DNA from: a virus
Lineage: Duplodnaviria; Caudoviricetes
Reading direction: 5' to 3' (one strand)
Length of the DNA: 64,000 nt
IMG/VR virus record: IMGVR_UViG_3300022602_000027
Part shown: one piece after another, positions 48,903-58,679 of the stretch
How the letters are laid out: each line of letters starts with the position of its first letter
Numbering within the stretch: the first letter of the stretch is position 1
The notes under the pieces: generated by a model
Databases searched by the model: none
The model's input: the letters and a program-made list of their open reading frames with translations, nothing else
What the model was told of the DNA's origin: nothing
Translations under genes and position numbers: made by a program

Positions 48903-50027
48903 ATGACAGGTATAGGAACAATCATTGCCGCTAACGATTATAATACTATTCAAGGAATAGTAAATAATCTATTAGCAAATACTTACGGACAACCAGTTCA
49001 AAGTAGTCAAGTTTCAACTACCCAAGTTATTCAAGCAAGTCAATGGCAAGCACTATTGTATGATATTACTGCTATAAATTATCATCAACTTAATACTGGT
49101 CCAAAATTTAATAGTTATGCTTTAACGATCCCTTCAAACGGTACTGGAATAAGTCAAGCAATTGGTTCAACAACCTATACTAATGCGGCTCCAGCAGTTA
49201 AAGTTAAAGATGCAGACAGAGCCGCATACCTTGCAGTAGCACAAGCTCTTGCTAATCCAGTTTCTACTACAATTGGCGGAGTAACATATCCTGGTTGTTA
49301 TTCTATTAGTTCTAACAGTTCAGAGCAAACACAAGTTGCCGCAGGCGTATTTTTAGCACCAAGTATTAGAGTTGGCGCTTCAAGTCCTTGGGGAAGTACA
49401 TCGGGCGGTACTGCTGTAATTAATCAAGGACAACAGCCAAACGAGGAAGGTACAATTTCTGAAGTAGTTACATTAACTTTCCCAAATGCCGCAGCCGCAC
49501 AATATTATTTTAATACAGGCGGATCGATTGTAATATCTGGTAATGCAACTTCAGGACAAACTGGTACAGTTAATACTAAAGATTATTCTTGGGCAGTTCT
49601 ATTGTCACAAATGGGCAATGTAATTTTTAATTACGCCGGAGTTAGTTCTTCAAACAGCAACGGATCTGGATCTAGTTATGGTTGGAGTTATTTTAACGCT
49701 AACCGAAATATTACACAACTATTGTATACTATTACTACATCTTCGCAGTTGTATGCCCCAAATGCTTATACCATCACTGGTAATTTGAATTCAGCTGGTA
49801 CAATTTTAACAATTACCATGCAACTTCAAGATCTTTCTACAGCACAAACTAAAGTTGCTTCTGGACAAAGTCCGGGTGATAGTTTAACATATTCTATAGA
49901 TACTCCAGTTACTGCTACAATATCAAATAATCTTACTATTTGGTACGCATCAGGCAATTATGTATCAATGACTACGCCAACTAATTATTTGCCAACTCCT
50001 GTCATCACTACTCCTCTAACCGCATAA
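48903..50027 (+). CDS. Virion structural protein
   Basis: 374 aa, S/T/G-rich; YYFNTGGSI motif shared with next gene. Confidence 0.7.
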   Translation: MTGIGTIIAANDYNTIQGIVNNLLANTYGQPVQSSQVSTTQVIQASQWQALLYDITAINYHQLNTGPKFNSYALTIPSNGTGISQAIGSTTYTNAAPAVKVKDADRAAYLAVAQALANPVSTTIGGVTYPGCYSISSNSSEQTQVAAGVFLAPSIRVGASSPWGSTSGGTAVINQGQQPNEEGTISEVVTLTFPNAAAAQYYFNTGGSIVISGNATSGQTGTVNTKDYSWAVLLSQMGNVIFNYAGVSSSNSNGSGSSYGWSYFNANRNITQLLYTITTSSQLYAPNAYTITGNLNSAGTILTITMQLQDLSTAQTKVASGQSPGDSLTYSIDTPVTATISNNLTIWYASGNYVSMTTPTNYLPTPVITTPLTA

Positions 50028-50046
50028 GTAGTTTAAGGAGACAAAT

Positions 50047-51015
50047 ATGACAGCAGGTGTAAATAACCAAATTGAAATTGCTGAATATAACGCTATCTAT
50101 GCTCAAATAGCCGCAGTTCTTTCAACACAATATGGACAAACAAATTTAAACAGTAGTGCAGTGGCCGCTCCACCGCCTGCTAGTAACGCTACAAAAATTA
50201 CAGTAGCTGAATGGAATGCTTTACAAAATGATATGTTTAGAATTGCAGATCATTTAGGTATTGCTCGCCCATCTATAACCACAGCATCTTCAAGTTTAGT
50301 TATTAAAGATTCTGATAGAGCCGCATATTTGACAGCGGCCACAGCTCTTAATAATCCATCTCAATATTACGGTCTTCCAGCAGACACAGTAACTTCTGCA
50401 ACAGTAAGTAGTTTAAATTATGTGAACGTAGGTGTTGGCAAAACTGCAACTCATACAGTAACTATGACATTTTCTAGTTCCGCTTACGCAACTTATTTCT
50501 TTAATACAGGAAGCATAATTAATCTAAGTGCAAATTTAAATCAGTATCAAACTTCAGGTGGTGCTCAAAGTCCTGCAACTCTAGATAATGATTGGTTTAA
50601 TTTATTAAGCAGTTCTGGTACAATTACTTATGGACGTAGCAGTACATCAAGCAGTGGATATCAAGCAGGTGTGATTAGCCCATCTACTGGATTTATCAAC
50701 GCAACAAATACAGAAACTACTATATTCAGTAAAACCATCGGTGACGGTCTTTACACTAGTGGCACTGCTGATAGATTTTGGATTACTGTTCAATACAATG
50801 CGCCTGTATTAACTTTTAGAATGTATTATGGCAACACTTATACTAGCCGTGGTATAAACACATATCCGTCGGCAGGATATCCTCAAGCGCAATACTATGC
50901 TATCACTGGTCAAATAACTAGTACGGTAGCCGCAATTTATCCGTCTAGTTCAAACGTTTCGGCTAGTGCATTTTATCCAGCTTCGGGTATCGGTGCTAGT
51001 TTCTCAAGCAATTAA
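50047..51015 (+). CDS. Virion structural protein (paralog of previous)
   Basis: IKDSDRAAYL and YFFNTGSII shared with 48903..50027; AAGGAG RBS. Confidence 0.7.
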   Translation: MTAGVNNQIEIAEYNAIYAQIAAVLSTQYGQTNLNSSAVAAPPPASNATKITVAEWNALQNDMFRIADHLGIARPSITTASSSLVIKDSDRAAYLTAATALNNPSQYYGLPADTVTSATVSSLNYVNVGVGKTATHTVTMTFSSSAYATYFFNTGSIINLSANLNQYQTSGGAQSPATLDNDWFNLLSSSGTITYGRSSTSSSGYQAGVISPSTGFINATNTETTIFSKTIGDGLYTSGTADRFWITVQYNAPVLTFRMYYGNTYTSRGINTYPSAGYPQAQYYAITGQITSTVAAIYPSSSNVSASAFYPASGIGASFSSN

Positions 51016-51038
51016 TCAAATTAATTTATCCTAAGCTC

Positions 51039-51067
51039 TTGACACAGCTAACTACATAGTGTAATAT
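51039..51067 (+). promoter_or_regulatory. sigma70-type promoter for the glycosyltransferase cluster
   Basis: TTGACA-17 nt-TAATAT. Confidence 0.6.
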
Positions 51068-51087
51068 TATACACTACGGAGTTTATT

Positions 51088-51438
51088 ATGGACGAAAGAA
51101 TTGAAAAAGCATTTGCTGTAGCTAATTATGCGGCCACATTGTCAAATCAACGCAGAGTGATATCGGAAGAGTATAAACAAAAATTAGTTTACTACACTAA
51201 CGGATCTACATTTAAAGTTTCCCCTGAGTTAATTGCATTTATTAAAACAGTTATAGAGTTAGGACATATTTCAGATGTTCCATTTTTAGATGCAAATGAT
51301 TTTCCAGTGGTAATTCCTAATGTACAGGAATTTTTAGATAACATAGTTTCAGTTTACTTCGAAGCTCTAAATGAGTACACAGTAAAATATTCAGAAATTA
51401 AAACAAAACGAAAAATTGCAGATATAGTTGAACTATGA
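51088..51438 (+). CDS. Hypothetical protein (possible fibre assembly chaperone)
   Basis: 116 aa, GGAG RBS, follows fibre genes. Confidence 0.7.
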   Translation: MDERIEKAFAVANYAATLSNQRRVISEEYKQKLVYYTNGSTFKVSPELIAFIKTVIELGHISDVPFLDANDFPVVIPNVQEFLDNIVSVYFEALNEYTVKYSEIKTKRKIADIVEL

Positions 51439-52283
51439 CAACAGGCGCACTTATATTTGCTCAAAATAATCATTCAGTTGATTATGTCCAGCTAGCAGTA
51501 TTTGCGGCTAGCCGTGCTAAACAATATTTAGATATTCCGGTATCTTTAGTAACAGATAATAAAAAATGGTTAGAGGAAAACTATCCCAACCATGAGTTTG
51601 ATTCAGTTATTGAAGTACAGCCATCTGGATTAGTTCAAAGCAAAATGTTCCATGATGGCTCATTATCTTCAAAATTTACCGAATGGAAAAATTGGACACG
51701 TAGCCAAGTTTACGATTTAACACCTTACGATCGCACACTAGTTTTAGATAGCGATTATGTTATTAACTCTCCATTGTTAAAAACAGCATTGGATAACGAT
51801 CACGATTTCCAAATATATCAAAGTAGTTTTGATTTAGCCTTAGATAGAGACACAACTGATTTTAAAAGAATCAATAGATATAGTGTTCCTTTTTATTGGG
51901 CTACAGTTTTTATATTCAATAAAAATGCTATAATGGATAGTTTTTTTACTCTAGTAGAATATATTAAACAAAACTGGATTTATTTTAAAACGCTCTATAA
52001 CATTACTGCATTTACATATAGAAATGATTTTGCTTTTAGTATTGCTATACACATTATGAATGGCAAAACAAATGGCGATTTTGCAACAGCACTTCCTGGA
52101 AAAATGATATACATCAGCGATAAAGATTTTTTAGTTAATGCAGTTGACAACAAAATGAATTTTCTAGTACAGAAACAAAAATTTTACGGTGAATATACTG
52201 CTGTAAAAACTACAGGATTAGACGTACACGTTATGAATAAATTTAGTCTAAGCCGATATATTACAGGAGGTTCAGGTGTCTAA
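51435..52283 (+). CDS. GT-A fold glycosyltransferase (GT8-like)
   Basis: YDLTPYDRTLVLDSD (DxD), YWATVFIF. Confidence 0.7.
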   Translation: MTTGALIFAQNNHSVDYVQLAVFAASRAKQYLDIPVSLVTDNKKWLEENYPNHEFDSVIEVQPSGLVQSKMFHDGSLSSKFTEWKNWTRSQVYDLTPYDRTLVLDSDYVINSPLLKTALDNDHDFQIYQSSFDLALDRDTTDFKRINRYSVPFYWATVFIFNKNAIMDSFFTLVEYIKQNWIYFKTLYNITAFTYRNDFAFSIAIHIMNGKTNGDFATALPGKMIYISDKDFLVNAVDNKMNFLVQKQKFYGEYTAVKTTGLDVHVMNKFSLSRYITGGSGV

Positions 52284-53118
52284 AGGATTTCTTTTATTTG
52301 CACAAAATACTGACAGGGTAGATTATATTACACAAGCCTATGCTCTTGCGTTAAGTATTAAATCTAGTCAGCCTACAATTAATTCAGTTTCACTAGTAAC
52401 TAATAGTGATGTACCTAAAAAATATAGAGAAGTTTTTGATCAAATCATTCCTATTCCTTGGTTTGAAGAAACAGAAAATAGTCCTCTAGCCGCAGAGCAT
52501 CGTTGGAAATTATATCACGTAACTCCGTATGACGAAACAATAGTATTAGATACAGATATGTTATTGTTAGAAGATATAAGTGAATGGTGGCATTATTGTA
52601 GAAATTATGATGTTAAATTTTGTAATCAAATTAAAAATCATAAATTAGAAACAGTTGTTGATACAATACACAGAAAAGCATTTAAGGCAAACAATTTAAC
52701 TAATCCATATTATGCATTGCATTATTTTAAAAAGAATGATGCCGCAAAATCTTTTTATAAAGTATTAGAATTTGTATGTAATAATTGGGAATGGTGTTGG
52801 ACAAAGTTTGCACCCGACTATTATCAAAATTGGTTAAGCATGGATTTAGCTACAGCTATTGCAGTTGAAATTTCAGGCGAATATAATTATGTAATTGATA
52901 ATTGTAGCCCTTTAGAATTTATACACATGAAAATTCCATTACAAGATTGGCCTGATAGTGCTACTAGATGGCAAGATACTATTCCTTGGATTTTAAACAG
53001 TCGAGGCGAGTTAATTGTATCAAATATTAAACAAACTAAATTATTTCATTATGTGGAAAAAGATTTTGTTACTAAAACTATACTTGATCAGCTAGAGGAA
53101 TTACATAATGACAAATAA
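52276..53118 (+). CDS. GT-A fold glycosyltransferase (GT8-like, paralog)
   Basis: YHVTPYDETIVLDTD (DxD), FIHMK; N-terminus parallels previous gene. Confidence 0.7.
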   Translation: MSKGFLLFAQNTDRVDYITQAYALALSIKSSQPTINSVSLVTNSDVPKKYREVFDQIIPIPWFEETENSPLAAEHRWKLYHVTPYDETIVLDTDMLLLEDISEWWHYCRNYDVKFCNQIKNHKLETVVDTIHRKAFKANNLTNPYYALHYFKKNDAAKSFYKVLEFVCNNWEWCWTKFAPDYYQNWLSMDLATAIAVEISGEYNYVIDNCSPLEFIHMKIPLQDWPDSATRWQDTIPWILNSRGELIVSNIKQTKLFHYVEKDFVTKTILDQLEELHNDK

Positions 53119-53704
53119 GTATATGATTTCGCCAGAGCAGAAGTATTGGGCTCACTACAGTAAACAAACTGGAGTGATTCGTTCAGTTTCAAACGAACCT
53201 ACTGTACTTGATGAAGGTAGTCTTGAAATCAAATATGAAGATTATATACCATTTATTACTGGAGAAAAAAAGCTACACGAGCATATGATTGGGTATGCTA
53301 AAAATGTAGATGGTACCACTCATAAAACTATTATACAAATAGCAGAACAACTTTACGGATTTAGAAATAACATTTTTGAATGGATAAACAAGACTCCTAC
53401 AAAAGACACTGAACTAACAGTTACTTGGAATAAAACTGATAAAACATGGAATTTTAAATTAAGTAAAAAAGCTAAAATTAGAATTGAAAATGATGTGTTA
53501 ACTAAAACTATCTTTTTTATAATGCTTAAAGATGATTTTGATTTTTTAATTAGAAGTATAGTTATAGATGTAAAAGAACTAGTAGAAAATCAAAGTATTA
53601 CAATACCATTTGCTAGTAATGTAGAAACAAAAATTGAAAAAATATCAGTGTCTAGTCAAATAATATTTCAAAGTTACGGATTAAAAATAAATGACAAAAA
53701 TTAA
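53108..53704 (+). CDS. Hypothetical protein
   Basis: 198 aa, overlaps both neighbours. Confidence 0.75.
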   Translation: MTNKYMISPEQKYWAHYSKQTGVIRSVSNEPTVLDEGSLEIKYEDYIPFITGEKKLHEHMIGYAKNVDGTTHKTIIQIAEQLYGFRNNIFEWINKTPTKDTELTVTWNKTDKTWNFKLSKKAKIRIENDVLTKTIFFIMLKDDFDFLIRSIVIDVKELVENQSITIPFASNVETKIEKISVSSQIIFQSYGLKINDKN

Positions 53705-54587
53705 AATAATTGAACAAGACATCATCTTTCTCAGCTACGATGAACCAAATGCTGAAAAAAATTATGCAGACTTACTTACTAAAGTGCCTTGGGCAAAACG
53801 TGTTCATGGAGTTAAAGGTAGTGATGCCGCACACAAGGCCTGTGCGGCATTAAGTGATACTGAGTATTTTGTTACAGTGGATGCAGACAATATTGTAGAT
53901 CCTAAATTTTTAGAAGTTGAAATTGACTTAGATGCATTAGGACTAACAAGTGAAAATGTATTTTCATGGTGTGGTAAAATTCATGTTAATGGACTTATGT
54001 ATGGCAATGGTGGACTAAAACTGTGGACTAAAGAGTTTGTTAACAATATGCGTACACATGAAAATGCCGCAATTGATGATGCAAAAGGCCGTGTAGAATT
54101 TTGTTTCGACGACAAATATTATCAATTTAATGATAGCTATTCAGAAAGTTTTACAAATGCTACGCCTTTCCAAGCGTGGCGTGCCGGATTCCGTGAAGGT
54201 GTTAAGATGAGTTTAAATCAAGGTATGAAAACTAATGATTTAAAAAAGGTATGGTGGCAAAACTATCATAGATTATTAGTTTGGTGTACAGTAGGTGCAG
54301 ATGTTGAAAACGGTATTTGGAGTGTATTAGGTGCTAGAGAAGGCTGTTACATGACAATGTTTACTGACTGGGATTATGCAAACGTTCGCGATTTTGAATG
54401 GTTAACTACTCATTGGGAAACAACACACGAACAAGCAGAGCCAGAAAAAATAACAGAATATATAAATTTTTTAGGCAAATATTTAATGAAGCATAGTGAA
54501 TTAGAAATTGCCAATTTAGATCCAGCTGGTAGTAAGTTTTTTAAAACCGTCTACTTAAATACACCTCGAGTAATTAGAAGACGATAA
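53691..54587 (+). CDS. Putative GT-A glycosyltransferase (GT2-like)
   Basis: IIFLSYDEP, RVHGVKG, FVTVDAD (DxD), YGNGGLKLW, AWRAGFREGVK. Confidence 0.65.
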   Translation: MTKIKIIEQDIIFLSYDEPNAEKNYADLLTKVPWAKRVHGVKGSDAAHKACAALSDTEYFVTVDADNIVDPKFLEVEIDLDALGLTSENVFSWCGKIHVNGLMYGNGGLKLWTKEFVNNMRTHENAAIDDAKGRVEFCFDDKYYQFNDSYSESFTNATPFQAWRAGFREGVKMSLNQGMKTNDLKKVWWQNYHRLLVWCTVGADVENGIWSVLGAREGCYMTMFTDWDYANVRDFEWLTTHWETTHEQAEPEKITEYINFLGKYLMKHSELEIANLDPAGSKFFKTVYLNTPRVIRRR

Positions 54588-55267
54588 TGTACGATATAGT
54601 TTTTATTTCATATAATGAGCCAGATGCAGAAGAAAATTTTGCTAGCCTAAAAGAACGTTTTCCTAGAGCAAAACGTGTAGATGGTGTCAAAGGAATACAT
54701 CAAGCACACATTGCCGCGGCAAAGAAATGTTTTACTCGTATGTTCTGGGTAGTGGATGGCGATGCAGTTATATTAAATGATTTCAATTTTGATTATAAAG
54801 TTCCAGATGACGAGCTGGATGTAGTCCATGTTTGGCGTAGTATTAATCCTATTAATAATTTAAGTTATGGATACGGAGGAGTAAAATTATTGCCAAAACA
54901 AATGACTATAAACATGGATACCAATACTACTGATATGACTATGAGTATTAGCAGTAAATTTAAAGCCATGGATACAGTAAGTAACATTACAGCATTTAAT
55001 ACAGATGAGTTTAGTACTTGGCGTAGTGCTTTTAGAGAATGTTGTAAATTAGCTGTAATTAATAATGAAGAGTCTTTGGCTAGATTATATTTCTGGTGTA
55101 AGTTAAATCAACATGCGCAATTTGGCGGATATGCTTATATGGGTGCTATCCAAGGTCGTGAATATGGTGAAAAAAATGCCTCCAATAAGGAGGCACTTGC
55201 TAAGATAAATGATTTTATTTGGCTAAAAGATCGTTGGCTAGAGGGAAAACCTGAGCTATTACTTTAG
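54587..55267 (+). CDS. Putative GT-A glycosyltransferase (paralog)
   Basis: IVFISYNEP, RVDGVKG, FWVVDGD (DxD), YGYGGVKLL, WRSAFRECCK. Confidence 0.65.
   Translation: MYDIVFISYNEPDAEENFASLKERFPRAKRVDGVKGIHQAHIAAAKKCFTRMFWVVDGDAVILNDFNFDYKVPDDELDVVHVWRSINPINNLSYGYGGVKLLPKQMTINMDTNTTDMTMSISSKFKAMDTVSNITAFNTDEFSTWRSAFRECCKLAVINNEESLARLYFWCKLNQHAQFGGYAYMGAIQGREYGEKNASNKEALAKINDFIWLKDRWLEGKPELLL
55170..55195 (-). terminator. Rho-independent terminator for thyX transcript, inside the opposite-strand CDS
   Basis: TGCCTCC-TTATT-GGAGGCA followed by T7 on the minus strand. Confidence 0.75.
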
Positions 55268-55904
55268 CACATTCTATAGCAACTTCTTGGTGCTCTTTCT
55301 GAGTACCATTTGCACTACGTAACTCAATAAAATGAATCCAACTGCGTAGTGTACCATTCATATATAAACGACTTACTGTAAGTCCTTCGGGCAATACAGC
55401 ACGAGCTTGTTCTTTAGCAATACCATTCTTAATAGCCCAAGAATATTCTTGCTTAACTGCCCACAGTACACGTTTCTGAGCACGTTCCCATTCAATAGCT
55501 AATAGACGTTGCTCGTTATTATTCATATCAAACTCTACACTATTTTGTCTATTGTTGGTGTCTTGAAATCTTGCTTCTCGTAGTACAAACGCATCATCAA
55601 GCTCTGCCGTTGGGTCGGCATAACGTTGGCTAAACTCTTGGAAGCTGAAACTTCTGTGTCGCAAGATTTGCCGTGCAATATCTCGTGTTGTCGTAATTTC
55701 CATGCAAGCTGAAACCATTTCGAGTGGACTCCAGTGTTGATGTCTGATGAGGTATTTGATGAGTTTTTCACTTGTTTCTGTGTTAAGTTGGTTGGAGGGA
55801 TTTGATACTCTTGCGCAATACGCAATAAGTTCTTGAGCATCGCTAATACCTAATGCTTCAAACTCTGCTGTTGGCTGACTATAACTTAGTAGTTTAACAT
55901 TCAT
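55215..55904 (-). CDS. thyX: Flavin-dependent thymidylate synthase
   Basis: RHRSFSFQEFSQRY ThyX motif, HWSPLEM, KEQARAVLP, ELRS. Confidence 0.96.
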   Translation of the reverse strand: MNVKLLSYSQPTAEFEALGISDAQELIAYCARVSNPSNQLNTETSEKLIKYLIRHQHWSPLEMVSACMEITTTRDIARQILRHRSFSFQEFSQRYADPTAELDDAFVLREARFQDTNNRQNSVEFDMNNNEQRLLAIEWERAQKRVLWAVKQEYSWAIKNGIAKEQARAVLPEGLTVSRLYMNGTLRSWIHFIELRSANGTQKEHQEVAIECAKVIAQVFPLANDLLAK

Positions 55905-56225
55905 CTATAGTTTCTTTTTCTTTAAAAATTGTTGGGTTTGTTTTTCCATATCTTTGCGAATGCTTTCTGTATCTAATTTAAAGTCAACATCGTGGATGTT
56001 GTCTTCGTAATTTTTACAAATTTCCGCTAGATTTTTTTCAAAAGACTGCCAACCTTCTCGACGTGTCTTTGCTGTTATTTTTATTTCCCAAATCTTGCCA
56101 TCCTTAAAATTGACCAGAACGGTATGGAGATACCTGAGAGGTAACACATTGAGCTTTACCTCACTAAAAACTTCTGGCCATTTTTCAATAACGTCTTTGG
56201 GAAGTTTTCTTCCCGATTTCGTCAC
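55905..56225 (-). CDS. Hypothetical protein
   Basis: 106-aa ORF in tightly packed operon. Confidence 0.75.
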   Translation of the reverse strand: MTKSGRKLPKDVIEKWPEVFSEVKLNVLPLRYLHTVLVNFKDGKIWEIKITAKTRREGWQSFEKNLAEICKNYEDNIHDVDFKLDTESIRKDMEKQTQQFLKKKKL

Positions 56226-56851
56226 GCTGGATCTTTAGCCTTCTTCTTTACAGTAGGAACTAACGCTTCTGCTTTACGGCGCATTTCAGCGGCTTGTTTA
56301 GCCAATGCATCTGCTTGGCTACGGAAGAATTTTGCTTGCTCTTCTGGGCTAGCACTAGCATCAGGTGCTTCTACTACTTTAGCAGTTGCTTTTGGAGTAT
56401 CAGCTTTAACAGTTGGGTCAGCTGGAATAGATTTTGGATCAGCCGCCTTGCTAGGTGTAGATGGATCCTTCATTGCCAAATCATCTACCGCAAGACCACG
56501 TTGTTCGGCAATAATTTGATTTAACTCTGAAAGTAAAATAGCTGTTGCCGGTGTTGGAGTCATTTCAATATCGCTAGTTGGTGCCTTAATTAGTCTTCCT
56601 GAAGCATGTAGGCTTGGAAGCATTGTTGCGCCATCTGGAAATTGTGTACGTGCTAGAGCTTCTGCAAACTCATAGCTGTCTTGACCACTGCCACTCTCTA
56701 CTAGATTAATAAGTGCATCGTGATAGATATCTGGTAGATTTTCTGTTGGGATAATTAGGCAATTATATGCATCGCCTGGCAATGTGCGATAAGCTACTAA
56801 ACATTTTTTATTAGTAGCTTTGACACGTGCCACGTGTTTAAGTTCAGCCAT
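56222..56851 (-). CDS. Hypothetical protein with P/A/K-rich linker
   Basis: 209 aa, GGAG RBS. Confidence 0.8.
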   Translation of the reverse strand: MAELKHVARVKATNKKCLVAYRTLPGDAYNCLIIPTENLPDIYHDALINLVESGSGQDSYEFAEALARTQFPDGATMLPSLHASGRLIKAPTSDIEMTPTPATAILLSELNQIIAEQRGLAVDDLAMKDPSTPSKAADPKSIPADPTVKADTPKATAKVVEAPDASASPEEQAKFFRSQADALAKQAAEMRRKAEALVPTVKKKAKDPA

Positions 56852-56852
56852 A

Positions 56853-57104
56853 TTAAGCTCCTGTAGCTGGCGCTGTGGCGTCTGCCGGTTGTTGACCTTG
56901 TGGTTGTTGTTTAGCTACTGCATCCAAGAATGTAGTTAACTTAGTATATGTTTGTCCAACTGCTACCATTTCATTTGGTTTAAATGCGCCACGTGAGCTA
57001 GCAATATCGATAATAACTTTAAGTGCGTTTAAGTCATTAATTGTTAGGTCAGTGCTTTGTGCGGCTGGATCTGCTTGTTGTGGGGTTTGTGTTGTATCAG
57101 TCAT
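56853..57104 (-). CDS. Hypothetical protein
   Basis: 83 aa, AAGGAG RBS. Confidence 0.8.
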   Translation of the reverse strand: MTDTTQTPQQADPAAQSTDLTINDLNALKVIIDIASSRGAFKPNEMVAVGQTYTKLTTFLDAVAKQQPQGQQPADATAPATGA

Positions 57105-57137
57105 GGTATCTCCTTAATATAATCTGTACTTACTTAA

Positions 57138-57425
57138 TTATCTTTGTTCTAAAAGTGGACAGGCAATCTTGAAAAAACTTAATTCTTTTTCACTTTCAAA
57201 ACCAATCATAGTAATATATACGATTGTGTTAGTGTGATCTAACTCAAGACTTTGTCCTATGTAGTACCTATTATTTAAGTTATGGCGGATCCAATTGTCT
57301 ATAGATTTGATAAAGTTTGGATTGTACTTATCTAATGTAGTATATTTAAAATGCGGACAGGCAAACTCAACCCTCCGCAAGTTAAAATAATTAAGAGGAT
57401 TAGGTTTACCTGTCTTTAATGCCAT
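57138..57425 (-). CDS. Hypothetical protein
   Basis: 95 aa, coupled to upstream stop. Confidence 0.75.
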   Translation of the reverse strand: MALKTGKPNPLNYFNLRRVEFACPHFKYTTLDKYNPNFIKSIDNWIRHNLNNRYYIGQSLELDHTNTIVYITMIGFESEKELSFFKIACPLLEQR

Positions 57426-58609
57426 TATGCGCCTACTTTTGCAAATTCGTAATAAGCATATTCTCCAAATGGTGGAACAATCTTATCGTTGCCGTGAATG
57501 ATGAATACTGTATCACAGTAGTTTTCATCACCCCAGCTACCCCAAGGATAACCGTCTGTAAACATAATGAACTTTTTGGGTTCAATGTCATTTTCCTTCA
57601 TGTATTCCCAATTGACATCAAACTCAGTTCCGCCACCACCCATTGGTTCATACTCGTCAAACTCATCCATTGTATAACCATCATAATCTTGCTCGTTATA
57701 CACTTTAGTATCAAAACACCATACTTTAATTTTAAAGTCTTGATATTCTTGCATAATGCCTTTAATCTCTGACAAGAAGTCTTTTGCTTGCTCATCACCA
57801 ATTGATCCTGACATATCAATTGCTACGCAAATATCAATTGTTTCTTTAAATTGTGTACCTGGCAATACTGCATTCATGTGCCAACCCTTACGATTAGGAC
57901 GCATAAATGTGTAATCATTTTTAATAACACTTTGGATTTGCTGACGCAAAATATCACGCCAATTCATTTTAGGTTCTGTAAGTTCCTTAATCATACGTTG
58001 TACGCTTGCAGGAGTATTACCAGCACCTGCGGCTTGTGCCGCTTGAATTGTTGCTTCGCGAATTTCGTCACGAATTTCTTTTAGTTGTTCTTTACTTAAA
58101 GTTGGGCGACCATCTTTACCTTCTTTTTCCCAATCAATATGCTCGTCGAGTAATTGACCAAGTTGATTCAATTGTTCCTCGTCCATATCGTCATAAATCT
58201 TATCATAAATTTCTTCAGCACTCATGCCGTAATATTTAGGATCATGAAAGATTTTAATATCTGGGATTTGATGATCACCGATATGGTCTCGCACTAATTG
58301 TCCGTTAACAGTATAGTCACAGGCAATGTTAAAGATTTGAGGATCGCGTCCTTCACGACGTGTCATGTGATCAAAAACATTGTGTAAGATTTCGTGTGCA
58401 ATGACAAACTCTACCTGTTTAACGGTAAGTTTTTCAAAAAACTCACGACAGAAATAAATGTTACGACCATCTGTTGCGGCAGTTGGCAACCATTTTTCTG
58501 CTTCCTGAATCTTCAAACGTGTAGCCATGTTACCAAAAAACGGATGCTTTAAAAGCAAACCTACACGAGCTACAATAATTTTGTCTATGACTGGATCTGA
58601 ATGTGACAT
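57425..58609 (-). CDS. Metallopeptidase (HExxH) plus vWA domain protein (DUF2201-like)
   Basis: TAATDG, AHEILH, NIACD, MIDAS DMSGS, GGGGTEF, FTDGY; ATG 58609 after AAGGAG. Confidence 0.85.
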   Translation of the reverse strand: MSHSDPVIDKIIVARVGLLLKHPFFGNMATRLKIQEAEKWLPTAATDGRNIYFCREFFEKLTVKQVEFVIAHEILHNVFDHMTRREGRDPQIFNIACDYTVNGQLVRDHIGDHQIPDIKIFHDPKYYGMSAEEIYDKIYDDMDEEQLNQLGQLLDEHIDWEKEGKDGRPTLSKEQLKEIRDEIREATIQAAQAAGAGNTPASVQRMIKELTEPKMNWRDILRQQIQSVIKNDYTFMRPNRKGWHMNAVLPGTQFKETIDICVAIDMSGSIGDEQAKDFLSEIKGIMQEYQDFKIKVWCFDTKVYNEQDYDGYTMDEFDEYEPMGGGGTEFDVNWEYMKENDIEPKKFIMFTDGYPWGSWGDENYCDTVFIIHGNDKIVPPFGEYAYYEFAKVGA

Positions 58610-58634
58610 ACTTGCTCCTTTTACGTATGTATAT

Positions 58635-58663
58635 ATTATAACACCTCCCGTAGGAGGTGTCAA
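58635..58663 (-). promoter_or_regulatory. Consensus sigma70 promoter whose spacer is an inverted repeat
   Basis: TTGACA-17 nt-TATAAT; ACACCTCC-TACG-GGAGGTGT spans 58641-58660. Confidence 0.85.
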
Positions 58664-58679
58664 TTGGTACTAAGCCAAA

